Source of the DNA: Spirochaetia bacterium
GTDB lineage: Bacteria; Spirochaetota; Spirochaetia; DSM-16054; Sediminispirochaetaceae
Direction: 5' to 3'
NCBI GenBank assembly: GCA_034520965.1
Contig: JAXHMY010000001.1
Location: 384,001-448,000, forward strand
DNA length: 64,000 bases
This document shows positions 33,165-43,800 of the stretch, piece by piece. Under the pieces are notes generated by a model, which worked only from the letters and a program-made list of their open reading frames with translations, searched no databases and was not told the DNA's origin. How positions within the stretch are numbered: position 1 is the stretch's first letter; every line of letters begins with the position of its first letter. A program made the translations under genes and the position numbers.

Positions 33165-33521
33165 TATATCGAGCTACTGAAGGATTTGTCTAAGGTCTCT
33201 TCAAGCTTTTTTTGCTGTTCACGAATTCGGCCCTGCAGCAACAGAAGTTCATTACGAAGGGCCGTGATGTGGGCTCGAGTATTTTTCTCTTCCGAATACA
33301 ACTCCTCCCACAATTTTTCCCGGACCCCGGCCAGGGTAAACTTTTTCTTCTGCAGCAAATACTTAATCCGTAGTAATAAATCCAGCTCCTGCCGTGAATA
33401 TACACGCCGGCCGGCTTGGTCCTTGCGGGGAGAGAATCGGCAGCTCCTGCTCCCAGTATCGAAGCACATGGGGTTTTACTTCGAGAAGTTCACAGACTGT
33501 CCCAATCTGATACCCCGTCAA
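33164..33521 (-). CDS. MerR family transcriptional regulator; one indel near 33430
   Basis: [23 protein letters not shown] then [12 protein letters not shown]...IKYLL...FTLAGV. Confidence 0.85.
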
Positions 33522-33533
33522 GCTCGTCCTCGC

Positions 33534-34886
33534 TTAAGTTTGATGGCCGGAACGCTCCCGCAGATCAACTGTAATTGGAACATTGGTAAAACCAAGCTCT
33601 TTGCGGATGCTGTTGGTCAAATACTGTACATAAGATTTAGGGAAACCCTTTTTACGGTTCACAAATATCAAGAACCTCACCGGACTGCTTCCGACCTGGG
33701 TGGCATAATAAACCTTAAAATGGCCCTGTGTACCTCGGGGCGGCTGCAAATGGTCTGTTAAATCTTGAATAAGCTCATTCACCACTGGTGTTTCTATCCG
33801 GCGATTCAGCTGTTTCCATACCGAATACACATTGCTCAACAGCTTTTCAATTCCCTCTCCTGTTTTTGCAGAAATCGGTACTGTTGGAGCAAAGCTGAGA
33901 ATTGGAAATACATACCGCACCCGATCCTGGATTGCCTGCATTTGGTTCGGCATCTCTTTTACTTTATCCCACTTATTAAGGACAATTATAATTCCCTTTC
34001 CCCGCTTAACCGCCTGCTGGGCAATTTTCTTATCCTGATCGGTAAGCCCCTCCACTGCATCGATGATCAGCAAAACTACATCGCTTACTTCAATTGTTTT
34101 AAAGGCCCGGTTCACCGAATAATACTCGACAGACTCCTGCACCTTTTTTTTACGGCGGATTCCGGCAGTGTCCATTACTTGAAACAGAGTTCCCCGGTGG
34201 CGAAATCGGCCTTCAATTACATCCCGTGTAGTTCCGGGTATTTCCGACACAATTGAAGACTCTGAGCCAATAAGATAATTAGACAGGGTAGATTTTCCGG
34301 TATTCGGCTTACCAAGCACCGCAATTCTGATATAGGGCTCATCCTCGACCTCTTCATCAATACCCGAAAAATCGATTACCTCTTCAATTTTTTCTTCCAG
34401 GTCATCGATACCTGTTCCATGGGCTGCAGAAATGCCCACCACATGTTCAAAGCCAAGGGAGTAAAAATCCCACAGAAGGCCTTCCCGCTGCTGATTATCT
34501 ACTTTATTTACCACAACTATAAGCCTGTCGGTATAGGTGCGGATTTTTTCGACAAATTCCTCGTCCTCTGCAGTATATTCATTGATATCCAACATCAGCA
34601 GGACTAAATCTACATCTTTGAGAAGGGCGAGGCTCTTTTCACGGACCAGCGATTCAATGTCCACCGCGTCCACACGATACCCTCCGGTATCGATAAGCTC
34701 TACCGCATGGTCGGCAATCACTGCCGGCTCGTGGACTGCGTCCCGAGTCACCCCTGGTGTGGGGTCAGTTATAGCTCTGCGCCGCCCGACTAAGCGGTTA
34801 AACAGAGTTGATTTGCCTACATTCGGGCGCCCGACAATGGCTATTTTTATACCCGATGAGCTATTATATGAGGTCGAACCGTTCAT
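33534..34886 (-). CDS. der: Ribosome biogenesis GTPase Der (EngA)
   Basis: Two G domains: GRPNVGKS/DTGG/NKVD and GKPNTGKS/DTAG/NKWD. Confidence 0.97.
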   Translation of the reverse strand: MNGSTSYNSSSGIKIAIVGRPNVGKSTLFNRLVGRRRAITDPTPGVTRDAVHEPAVIADHAVELIDTGGYRVDAVDIESLVREKSLALLKDVDLVLLMLDINEYTAEDEEFVEKIRTYTDRLIVVVNKVDNQQREGLLWDFYSLGFEHVVGISAAHGTGIDDLEEKIEEVIDFSGIDEEVEDEPYIRIAVLGKPNTGKSTLSNYLIGSESSIVSEIPGTTRDVIEGRFRHRGTLFQVMDTAGIRRKKKVQESVEYYSVNRAFKTIEVSDVVLLIIDAVEGLTDQDKKIAQQAVKRGKGIIIVLNKWDKVKEMPNQMQAIQDRVRYVFPILSFAPTVPISAKTGEGIEKLLSNVYSVWKQLNRRIETPVVNELIQDLTDHLQPPRGTQGHFKVYYATQVGSSPVRFLIFVNRKKGFPKSYVQYLTNSIRKELGFTNVPITVDLRERSGHQT

Positions 34887-36603
34887 TCATCCATTTCCTT
34901 ACTAGTGAGTCTATCTCCGCAGCTGATTTCATTTCCATAACAATGCCGGTCAGCTCCTCGGCCTCCGACATGCTTACGGAACGAATAATCTTTTTTACTT
35001 CGGGGATGGTAAATGCGCTCATGCTGAAAATATCAAGACCAAGTCCCAGCAAGAGTACTGTTGCCAGCGGGTAGCCGGCCATTTCTCCGCACATTCCCAC
35101 CGGTATACTGGCAGAATGGGCGCTGTCAATCACAATTTTCAATAAACGCAATACTCCGGGATGAAAAGGTTCATATAAATAGGCAATTTTCTCATTACCA
35201 CGATCTACCGCTATTGTATATTGTATCAGGTCATTAGTTCCAATCGAGAAAAAATCAACTTTTTTAGCCAGAAGATCAGCCGTGAGGGCTGCAGCGGGGA
35301 CTTCGATCATAATACCAACCGGAAAATCCTCCTTAAATGTAATCCCCTCTTTTTTTAACTCCTGCTTTACCGAATCGAGCACTTCAAGTACGTTGTCGAG
35401 CTCTTCAACCCCTGAAATCATCGGAAACATTATTCGCAAATCGCCATATACCGATGCCCTCAGCATAGCCCGCAGTTGGGTTCTAAACAGATCTTTACGG
35501 GAGAGGCAAAACCTGACTGCCCGCCAACCGAGGATAGGGTTCTTTTCGTCTAAGCCTTCTAATCCCGGTATAACCTTATCACCACCGATATCCAGGGTTC
35601 GCAGGGTGACTCCGCCATGTCCCTCCATGTCCTGCAGAACTCGTGAATATTCTTCAAACTGGACATCCTCCGAGGGAAACCCACCCGGTTGCAAAAACAG
35701 ATATTCGGTTCTATACAGCCCAATTCCATCGGCCCCGTGGGCAAGTACCGATTCTGTTTCATCGGGAACCTCAATATTACCCTTCAGAAGGATATGTTTT
35801 CCGTCCTTAGTCTCCGCGGCCAATTCATTCAGCGACAGAAGCTGCATCTCACGCCGCTGCCACTCTTTCATTTTATGCTCGTACTTTTTGCGGGTTTCAG
35901 TATCCGGATTAAGAATCACCGTACCTTCATTACCGTTTACTATTGCCTCATCACCGTTACGGGCATGTTTAGTAATGGTCGAAATACCAAGCACCGCCGG
36001 TATTTCAAAAGCCCGGGTCAGTATCGCTGTATGGCTTGTTCTCCCACCCATATCCATAGCAATTGCCCGCACCGCACTTCTATTCAGTGTTAACGCATCC
36101 GAGGGGAGCAAATTATGGGTCACCAGAACCACATCCTCTTGAATATCTACCAGTGAAATGCGTTCACGGTAAAGAAGATGATTATGGATTCGCTTGGCTA
36201 CATCATGAATATCGATTGTACGCTCTTTTAAATACGTATCCTGCGAAGATTCGAGCATTCTGACCAGCTCTTTCGCGGTTTTATACAAGACCCACTCTAC
36301 ATTCATCTGATCCGATCGCAGATTATCTTCAATACGCTTGGTAAACTCCGGATCCTTCAGCATAAGCAAATGTGAATCCAGTAGACGGCTCTCTTCCGAG
36401 CCCATCGAGCTGTTTGCCTGCTGCTGCAGAGCCTGGATCTCATCCCCCGCCTTATCAGCTGCCGAATGAAACCTCTCCAGCTCTGCTTCTACATCTTCGG
36501 GTTGAATCTCATATTTAGGGACTTGCGAAATCTCATCGAGATAAAGAAATATTTTTCCAATATATATCCCCGGCGAGGCGGATATACCTTTAAACGTTTT
36601 CAT
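34864..36603 (-). CDS. ptsI: PTS enzyme I
   Basis: GGRTSHTAIL phospho-His motif, GIGLYRTE, FFSIGTNDLIQY, GMCGEMAG. Confidence 0.97.
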   Translation of the reverse strand: MKTFKGISASPGIYIGKIFLYLDEISQVPKYEIQPEDVEAELERFHSAADKAGDEIQALQQQANSSMGSEESRLLDSHLLMLKDPEFTKRIEDNLRSDQMNVEWVLYKTAKELVRMLESSQDTYLKERTIDIHDVAKRIHNHLLYRERISLVDIQEDVVLVTHNLLPSDALTLNRSAVRAIAMDMGGRTSHTAILTRAFEIPAVLGISTITKHARNGDEAIVNGNEGTVILNPDTETRKKYEHKMKEWQRREMQLLSLNELAAETKDGKHILLKGNIEVPDETESVLAHGADGIGLYRTEYLFLQPGGFPSEDVQFEEYSRVLQDMEGHGGVTLRTLDIGGDKVIPGLEGLDEKNPILGWRAVRFCLSRKDLFRTQLRAMLRASVYGDLRIMFPMISGVEELDNVLEVLDSVKQELKKEGITFKEDFPVGIMIEVPAAALTADLLAKKVDFFSIGTNDLIQYTIAVDRGNEKIAYLYEPFHPGVLRLLKIVIDSAHSASIPVGMCGEMAGYPLATVLLLGLGLDIFSMSAFTIPEVKKIIRSVSMSEAEELTGIVMEMKSAAEIDSLVRKWMNERFDLI

Positions 36604-36696
36604 TGTGCCCTTACTATACGAAGTTTTGACTATACTGTCAAATTGCCGGTCGGCATTCCCACAAGTTATGATTAAACTTTTAAAGATAAATTACTT

Positions 36697-36828
36697 CTGG
36701 CGAATTCAAAACTGGCGATTTCAAAAATCACAGATTTTTGAAACGCCTTGATTTTTGAAACGCCGTAACAAAATGTGAGCATTCTAAATTTGAAAATTTA
36801 ATTTAAATTTTCAAATTTAGAATTGCTG
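36697..36828. repeat. Palindrome cluster in the ptsI/GerMN divergent intergenic region
   Basis: Duplicated left and right arms (ggcga[a/t]ttcaaaa twice, gatttttgaaacgcc twice) and a perfect 21-bp inverted repeat at 36781-36823. Confidence 0.8.
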
Positions 36829-36847
36829 TGCCGATACAAAGGATGGA

Positions 36848-37681
36848 ATGGCAAAGAAAAAAAAAGCATCATTAGGCTGTCTATTTTGGGTTGCATTGAT
36901 TTTACTCGTTTTAGTGGTTTTCTTATTTAACCGTGAGCGGATAAATACGGTTCTCGACGAGACCGGATTCAGGGAATATCTCTTTACCCAGAAGACCCAG
37001 GAGCCCGAAGTACAGCGGGTTGAACCGGAAGCTGAGCAGCCGAGCACACCGGAGGCAGAACAACAGGACAACTCTACCCGCTCCGGTGATCAACCCGAAA
37101 CTCCTCGCCCTAAAGATGAAGAAGAGAGCAAGGACGAGGAAGAGCAGCAGGTTGAAATTAAGGTTGACACACCTGAAGAGGACGAATCGGCCTCTTCAGA
37201 CAGTTCCACCGAAGGCTCCGAAAAACCGCGTATCGATAAACGCATGCGCAAATCGGCGCTTTACTTCGTAGAGATAACCGATTCCGGCAGTATAAAACTG
37301 CAGCGCATTGTGCGCCCTATTTATTACAACGATTCTCCTCTTACGGAAACTTTGCAGACCTTGCTTGAAGGTCTGACGGCCGATGAACTGAATCAGGGGC
37401 TTCTTAACCTGATACCTCAGGACAGTAGAATTCGCAAAGTATGGGTAGAGGACAGTACCGCTTATATCGACTTTAATGAAGCAATAAGATTCAATCAGTT
37501 TGGCACTGAAGGGCTACATACCCAATTGCGCCAACTTGTGTACACTGCTACTGAGTTCCAAACGGTAGATTCGGTGCAAATACTTATAAACGGGAACAAA
37601 ATAGACTATTTAGCGAGTGAAGGCATCTTTGTCGGAAAACCCCTCACCCGTGAAGATGTTGCACGGACCCCCGGTGAGTAA
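36848..37681 (+). CDS. GerMN domain membrane-anchored protein
   Basis: N-terminal TM, acidic linker, LQTLLEG...NLIPQDSRI...AYIDFN...QLVYTATEFQTVDSVQILING. Confidence 0.88.
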   Translation: MAKKKKASLGCLFWVALILLVLVVFLFNRERINTVLDETGFREYLFTQKTQEPEVQRVEPEAEQPSTPEAEQQDNSTRSGDQPETPRPKDEEESKDEEEQQVEIKVDTPEEDESASSDSSTEGSEKPRIDKRMRKSALYFVEITDSGSIKLQRIVRPIYYNDSPLTETLQTLLEGLTADELNQGLLNLIPQDSRIRKVWVEDSTAYIDFNEAIRFNQFGTEGLHTQLRQLVYTATEFQTVDSVQILINGNKIDYLASEGIFVGKPLTREDVARTPGE

Positions 37682-38386
37682 AAGCAAAAACTCTCGATTG
37701 CCCTTTCGCCCTGAAACTGGAGAGGGAACAACAGCACGTACCTGCAGCCCTTCCTCTTTCAGATAGTCTGTTACCTCTTGGAGGATTCTATAGGCATCCT
37801 CCTCCGCACGAACCACCCCATTAAACGCCTCCAACTGTTCCGAGGCTGCTTCAAACTGGGGCTTGAGCAGCCCAACCATCCACTGCTCAGTTGTCAAACT
37901 GATGATATGCGCAGCCGCGCCCCGAAGTGAACGAAAAGAGAGGTCTGCAACAGCCGCGTGGGGCGGCGGGCTCAGCTCTTGTACGTGCATGATGTTTGTA
38001 CGCTCTAACACAAGCACCCGTGGGTCTTTCCGCAATGAGTAATATAGCTGGTTGTACCCCACATCAACAGCATGTACCTTCTGCGCACCATACTGCAGCA
38101 GACAATCGGTAAAGCCTCCTGTGGAGGCCCCGGCATCCAGGAAAACCCTTCCTTCCACCGGTAATTGCCACATCGTTAAGGCAGCTTCAAGCTTCAAGCC
38201 GCCCCGGGAAACATACTTGCGCTGCTCAAACCTGATTTCCGAATCGATGGGCACCTTAAACTGAGGATCCCGATGATGTTCGCCGTTTACCGCAACTTCA
38301 CCACATAATATCCTCGCATACAAAGCTTTCCGGCTAAACTGTGGAAACTTGTTGTGCAGTAGTTGTAACAGAGGCAATTTCTTCAT
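37610..38386 (-). CDS. tlyA: TlyA family rRNA 2'-O-methyltransferase
   Basis: S4-like N-terminus, YVSRGGLKL, LDAGASTGGFTDCLL, AVDVG, LLKPQFE, GRKGNREF. Confidence 0.93.
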   Translation of the reverse strand: MKKLPLLQLLHNKFPQFSRKALYARILCGEVAVNGEHHRDPQFKVPIDSEIRFEQRKYVSRGGLKLEAALTMWQLPVEGRVFLDAGASTGGFTDCLLQYGAQKVHAVDVGYNQLYYSLRKDPRVLVLERTNIMHVQELSPPPHAAVADLSFRSLRGAAAHIISLTTEQWMVGLLKPQFEAASEQLEAFNGVVRAEEDAYRILQEVTDYLKEEGLQVRAVVPSPVSGRKGNREFLLLLTGGPCNIFTGEGFSDKDAFTR

Positions 38387-38418
38387 ATTCAGTGCATTTT
38401 TCTATACAAATATAGCCA

Positions 38419-39214
38419 TTAGACTAGTGATGTTTCTGAAATACGTTCTATTTTGGTCGCCTTACCTGTTTTTACGTCAATCACCACTTTGATTCCCTGA
38501 ATTACCGCTGAAGTATCAGAGACTTCCATCTTTAAAGGCATCTGACTGAGAGATCGCTGGACGGAAATTTCCTTTGAACTTCCAATTACGCTATCATCAG
38601 GACCGCACATCCCCATATCGGTTATATAGGCACAGCCCTGGGGCATGATTTTCTCGTCTGCGGTTTGAATATGGGTATGGGTACCAATCAAAGCACTTAT
38701 CTGCCCGTCTAAATGAAAGGCCAGGGACTCTTTTTCTCCCACCGATTCGGCATGAAAATCAGTCAGAATAACTTTCGTCTGAGTCTGTAATTTCCGGGCA
38801 ATTTCCTTACCTGTACGAAACGGACAGTCAATAGAGCGCATGTCCTCGCGACCCTGTAAATTCATTACAGCTACAGGAGTAGATTTCACATTTACCACCA
38901 CTGACCCTTTACCGGGGGTACCCGGCGGGTAGTTTGCAGGGCGCAGAATTGGCTGATCGGAATCGAGCAGCTTCACAATCTCGCGTCGATGCCAAATATG
39001 ATTTCCTGAAGTAATCACATCTACTCCCAGCGAAAAAAGCTGCTCCGCAATTTCTTCGGTAATGCCGAGACCTTCTGCCGCATTTTCTCCATTCACAATT
39101 ACAATATCCGCTTTGTGAGCCTTACGCAAAGAGGCTAACCTGGTGAATAATGCCCGTACCCCGGGGGTGCCAAAGACATCCCCGAGGAGCAGAGCAGTAA
39201 TTTTATCTAGGCAT
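38419..39214 (-). CDS. ymdB: YmdB-like (TIGR00282) metallophosphoesterase; probable 1-nt insertion at the start
   Basis: LLGDVFG, IVNGEN, ITSGNH, DFHAE, GTHTH, TDMGMCG; follows rny. Confidence 0.9.
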
Positions 39215-40733
39215 ATTCGATAACCCGAGTCTCCCGTATTATTGTAACTTTTATTCTTCCGGGATATCGCAGTTCTGCCTCAATTTTCTTGGCAACTTCC
39301 TTGGCCAGTTCCTTCGCCCTCTGATCATTCACCGAATCGTTGTTTACCATGATGCGAAGTTCACGACCCGCCTGAATAGCAAACGCCTTTTCGACACCTT
39401 CAAAGCTCTCGGAAATCTGTTCAAGGTTTTCTAAACGTTTTATATAATTGTTGATGGTCTCCCGTCGTGCCCCCGGGCGGGAGGCGGAAATTGCATCGGC
39501 TACCTGTACAATGATAGATTCTACACAGTTCGGCTCTACATCATTATGATGAGAGAGAATTGAGTTTACAACCCGTTCATCTTCACCCATCTGTTTTGCG
39601 AGTTCAGCACCTAATTCTGCGTGGTTACTGTCACTTTCGGTTTCAATTCCCTTCCCGATATCGTGCAGCAAACCGCCGCGTTTGGCTATCTCTCTGTTCG
39701 CACCCACTTCCGCCGCTAACATTCCCGAAAGTATCGCAACCTCTTTTGCATGGGCCAGCACATTTTGGCCGTAGCTGGTCCTATAGTGCAGTCTGCCGAG
39801 GGCTCGAATTCCATCCTGGCTGACATTGTGCACACCAAGATCAAAAATTACCTTCTCACCTTCTTCATAGATGATTTGGTTAATTTCCTTTCCGACCTTC
39901 TGCACGACCTCTTCAATACGAGCAGGGTGAATGCGCCCGTCTTGAATGAGCCTTTCTAGGGCAACTTTGGCAATTTCTTTTCGTACAGGGTCAAAGCAGG
40001 ATAATACCACTGCCTCTGGGGTATCATCGATAATGATATCTACACCGGTGAGTGTCTCTAGGGTGCGGATATTACGCCCTTCACGGCCGATTATGCGGCC
40101 CTTCATCTCGTCATTCGGCAAGCTTACTGAACTGATCGATACATCGCCGCTCACTTCGGTGGCTAAGCGCTGAATCGAGGTTACAATAATATCACGGGCC
40201 TTTTTCTCTCCCGCCGCCTGTGCTTCCTGTTCAATCTTATTCATTACAACTTGAGCATCATGCTCGGCTTCCTGTTTCATTGAAGTAATAATGAGTTCTT
40301 TCGCCTGGTCTTTCGTAAGACCTGCGATTTTCTCCAACTCCTGCTTCCAATGCTCTTCTTGCTGTAATAAATATGATTCTTTCTCTTTTAATATCCCCTC
40401 TCGGTCTGATAAAGCATGCTTCTGGCTATCTACATCAACCTGTTTTTTCTCCAGGCCCTCTTCTCTCTGTAACAACCTTCGTTCAAAACGTTGCAGCTCA
40501 TTTCGTCTTTCTCGAAACTCACGTTCCTGTTGATTACGTTCTTTCAACAGTTCGTCTTTGGTTTCAATGAGAAGCTCCCGCTTTTTTGCTTCGGCTTCTT
40601 TTATCGCCTCTTGCTTAACACGCTCTGCTTTCTGTTCTGAAGAAGAAAGCTGAAATCTGGCATATAGCCATCTTATTGTCCATCCCAGAATCAAACCTAA
40701 GAGAGGAAGCGTTATTGTCAAGATTAGTGACAT
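39207..40733 (-). CDS. rny: Ribonuclease Y
   Basis: N-terminal TM and coiled coil, KH domain (KGRIIGREGRNI), HD domain (LLHDIGK). Confidence 0.97.
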   Translation of the reverse strand: MSLILTITLPLLGLILGWTIRWLYARFQLSSSEQKAERVKQEAIKEAEAKKRELLIETKDELLKERNQQEREFRERRNELQRFERRLLQREEGLEKKQVDVDSQKHALSDREGILKEKESYLLQQEEHWKQELEKIAGLTKDQAKELIITSMKQEAEHDAQVVMNKIEQEAQAAGEKKARDIIVTSIQRLATEVSGDVSISSVSLPNDEMKGRIIGREGRNIRTLETLTGVDIIIDDTPEAVVLSCFDPVRKEIAKVALERLIQDGRIHPARIEEVVQKVGKEINQIIYEEGEKVIFDLGVHNVSQDGIRALGRLHYRTSYGQNVLAHAKEVAILSGMLAAEVGANREIAKRGGLLHDIGKGIETESDSNHAELGAELAKQMGEDERVVNSILSHHNDVEPNCVESIIVQVADAISASRPGARRETINNYIKRLENLEQISESFEGVEKAFAIQAGRELRIMVNNDSVNDQRAKELAKEVAKKIEAELRYPGRIKVTIIRETRVIEYA

Positions 40734-40762
40734 CGTCTTCCTCCACCTTTAGATTAAAGTTC

Positions 40763-40791
40763 ATAATATAGTTTGGTTATGTATATGTCAA
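40763..40791 (-). promoter_or_regulatory. Sigma70 promoter for rny-ymdB-tlyA
   Basis: TTGACA-17 nt-TATTAT. Confidence 0.7.
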
Positions 40792-40851
40792 GGATTATAT
40801 CAAAGAGATACTAATTTAACTTTTTAGAACTTTTCGTAACAACAATGTTAT

Positions 40852-43800
40852 CTACATTACTGATAAAGCCTTCAGAATACTCTCAATATCAGCTGCAACT
40901 TTCTTCAACCCCAAATACAGAAAGGCTTCACCCCCCTGGAAAATAGCCGGAATGAATAAAACTGCGTTGATGTACTCCCTATCCCGGTCGCTGACTATTC
41001 CATGCAGATATTTCTGAGCCTGTTCAAGGTCAAAGATAACCGGCTGACGAGCCGCAAGGAAACGCTGGTAGAGTTCATCATTTCGCCGCACGACAACATT
41101 CGAAGTAAGCTCTTTATCGAATCCAACTGAATCGTAAATAATCCAGTTGTCCCCCTGCCTCGCTAAAATTGCTGCATACAATGCATCAGTACGCTGTGAA
41201 ATCTTCATCAATGATTTAAGCATCCCGATTTTTCCGCTTCGATAGCGCTCAAGGAATACGTCATACTGAAAACCGTTTTCGTTTAGAAGCGCATTATTTG
41301 AAGCTGCCGGCAGCCCGAGGGCCGAATCATCTCTGCTCTCTGCCTCATCCTCCATAGTAAAAGATAAGTCCACATCCCCGAATCCAATAATACTTTCTAA
41401 ACTTGAACTATCTTTGCGGTCCTGATCCTTTTCTTTATCTTTCCCTTTATCTTTATCAATAACCGAGTTCACTAACTCCGACAAATCATTGTTCGAAGGC
41501 TGAACGGTAGGTTTGAATATTGATTCATCAACCTGAAAGGTTCCATCCTGGTACACAATGGCGTCTGATTTTTTCTCTTCAGCTGATACCGAAGGCATTT
41601 CAAAAACTTTCTGAAGTTGAAATCTATATACACCTTTTTCAAGTTCCTGGCCTGGAATCTCGGCAACAGCTTCATCCACATCCTGTAGCTCCTCTACTTC
41701 TTCTATTTCCTCGATCTCTTCAAGTTCTTCGATATCTTCCAGCTCTTCCAGCTCTTCCAGCTCTTCAAGTTCCTCCACGTTATCTTCTTCTATATCCTCT
41801 TGTGCCTCATCTGCATCACTTTGCACGTTATCCTCATTACCAGTACCAGCATCCTCTTCAGGCGTTCCATTTGGAGTACGTGATTCGCCGGCCATAGTAC
41901 TGTCCTCCTTCAGCTCATCTGAGAGTTCCTCAACTTCTTCGATTTCTTCATCCTCCGAGCTAACCACCTCTAAGTATCCCTGCACGGGAACCGTGCTGTA
42001 GTCATAGACTCCAGCTGTATTATATCTGAAATAGGTATCATTTGCAGCACTTTGCATTTGATAGAATGCATCATCTTCATCGCTTACCACTTCGAGCTCT
42101 TCTATCGGTTCATCTTGTACCTGCTCAGATCTAGCCACTACCGATAGGTCAGGTTCCTGGCTCGACTGAATCTCAGTGCTTGGATGTTCAATTTTTTGTA
42201 TACTGAGTATCGCCCGCTCTTTTTGTTCATTTGAAAAAGATCCATAACCTTCAAGGTCTGCATGAATCAGATTGGTAATATCCTCTGCAGGTGTTTCATC
42301 GCTTGCTGCTGCCTGATTCCTTATCATATAATTTCGATGTCTTCTCAATATCTGACTTCGGCCTCTTGCTATCTCTTCAGCTTCCTCGAGTTCTCCGAGC
42401 TCTTCGAGCTCTTCTATCTCTTCAGGCTCTTCTGCCTTCAAGTCTCAGCTTCTTCGGGCTCTCTTCAGCGATCTCTTCTGCTTCCTCGAGCTCACCAGGC
42501 TCTCCTGCCTCCAGCTCTGGCTTCTTCGGATCTCTTCAGCTTCCTCAAGTTCTCCGAGCTCCTCAAGCTCTTCTATTTCTTCAGGCTCTTCTGCTTCATC
42601 TAGCTCGTCGGCTCTTTCGGACTCTTCTGCTTCCTCGGGCTCACCAGGTTCCTCTGCTTCTTCTATCTCTTCAGCTTCCTCAAGTTCTCCGAGCTCTTCA
42701 AGCTCTTCTATTTCTTCAGGTTCTTCTGCTTCAGCAAGCTCATCGCCTCTTTCGGGCTCCGCAGCCTCTTCTGCTTTCAGGGAGCTCGCCAGCTTCCTCA
42801 AGTTCTCCGAGCTCCTCAGCTCTTCTATCTCTTCAGGCTCTTCTGCCTCGGCAAGCTCCTCGGCTTCTTCGGGCTCTTCAGTTTCCTCAGCTTCCTCGAG
42901 TTCTCCGAGCTCCTCGAGCTCTTCTATCTCTTCAGGCTCTTCTGCCTCGGCAAGCTCCTCGGCTTCTGGGGCCTCTTCAGTTTCCTCAGCTTCCTCGAGT
43001 TCTCCGAGCTCCTCGGCTTCCTCAATATCTTCGAGCTCCTCGTGCTCTCGGCAAGCTCCTCGGCTTCTTCGGGCTCTTCTCGGCCTCTTCAAGTTCCTCG
43101 CAGCTTCACTCGAGTTCTTCGGCTCCTCTGCTTCTCTTCAGGCTCCTCGCCGATTCAAAATCTTCAAGTTCTTCGGCTTCTTCGGCAGGTTTCTGTTCTG
43201 TTTTTTGGCTTTGTTTAGGGGTGTTAGGCGTTGGCACCTGAGATTCTATAGATTTTTGTAGTGATAGTATTTTTTGTACAACCTCTTCTATGTTTTCAAT
43301 GCTTACCTGTGAGGATGTTTGCTTTTGGGTTTCACTACGTCCATCAAGTACCTGAAAGATATCCTGCCAACTTTCATCGATCAATTTGTCAATTTTTTCT
43401 TCTTTTTCGCCTTTTATTTTACCAAGGCCCTTTTTCATTTCGCCTTTAAGGGATTGCTTTTTTCTGCTTACTTCGTTCTTTAATTGACGCCAATCTAAAC
43501 GGTCCTGACTTTCAATATAGCCTTTAATAAACTCAAGCTGAAACCGTTTAAGACGGTTACGAATTATAACCTCACGGTCCTGCCGTAAGCTAAAAAGCAA
43601 TAGAAGCAGCAAAAAAACAGTTATACCTGAGGCAGATAGCAGAATTACTTTTAAGACAGCACCAATTTCAAAGAGACCTTGATTAATCAGCAATCCGAGA
43701 TTCCCATAACCGTCGGTTGATGTACTCATTAAAACAAAACGCTGTCCTGTTTTCTCATCATGATATACATATCTTTCGCCAATTAGATTATTGTTCCAAC

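Noticed and set aside
40734..40851. 6S RNA, often found upstream of rny
   Set aside because: The gap is only about 118 nt, AT-rich, and accounted for by a promoter and RBS.
42372..43190. Repeat array as a possible CRISPR
   Set aside because: Units encode a periodic peptide, the intervening sequences are related to each other rather than unique spacers, and no cas genes are present.
42291..43241. 316-aa Leu/Gln/Arg-rich plus-strand ORF
   Set aside because: Reverse-complement reading of the Glu-rich repeat array.
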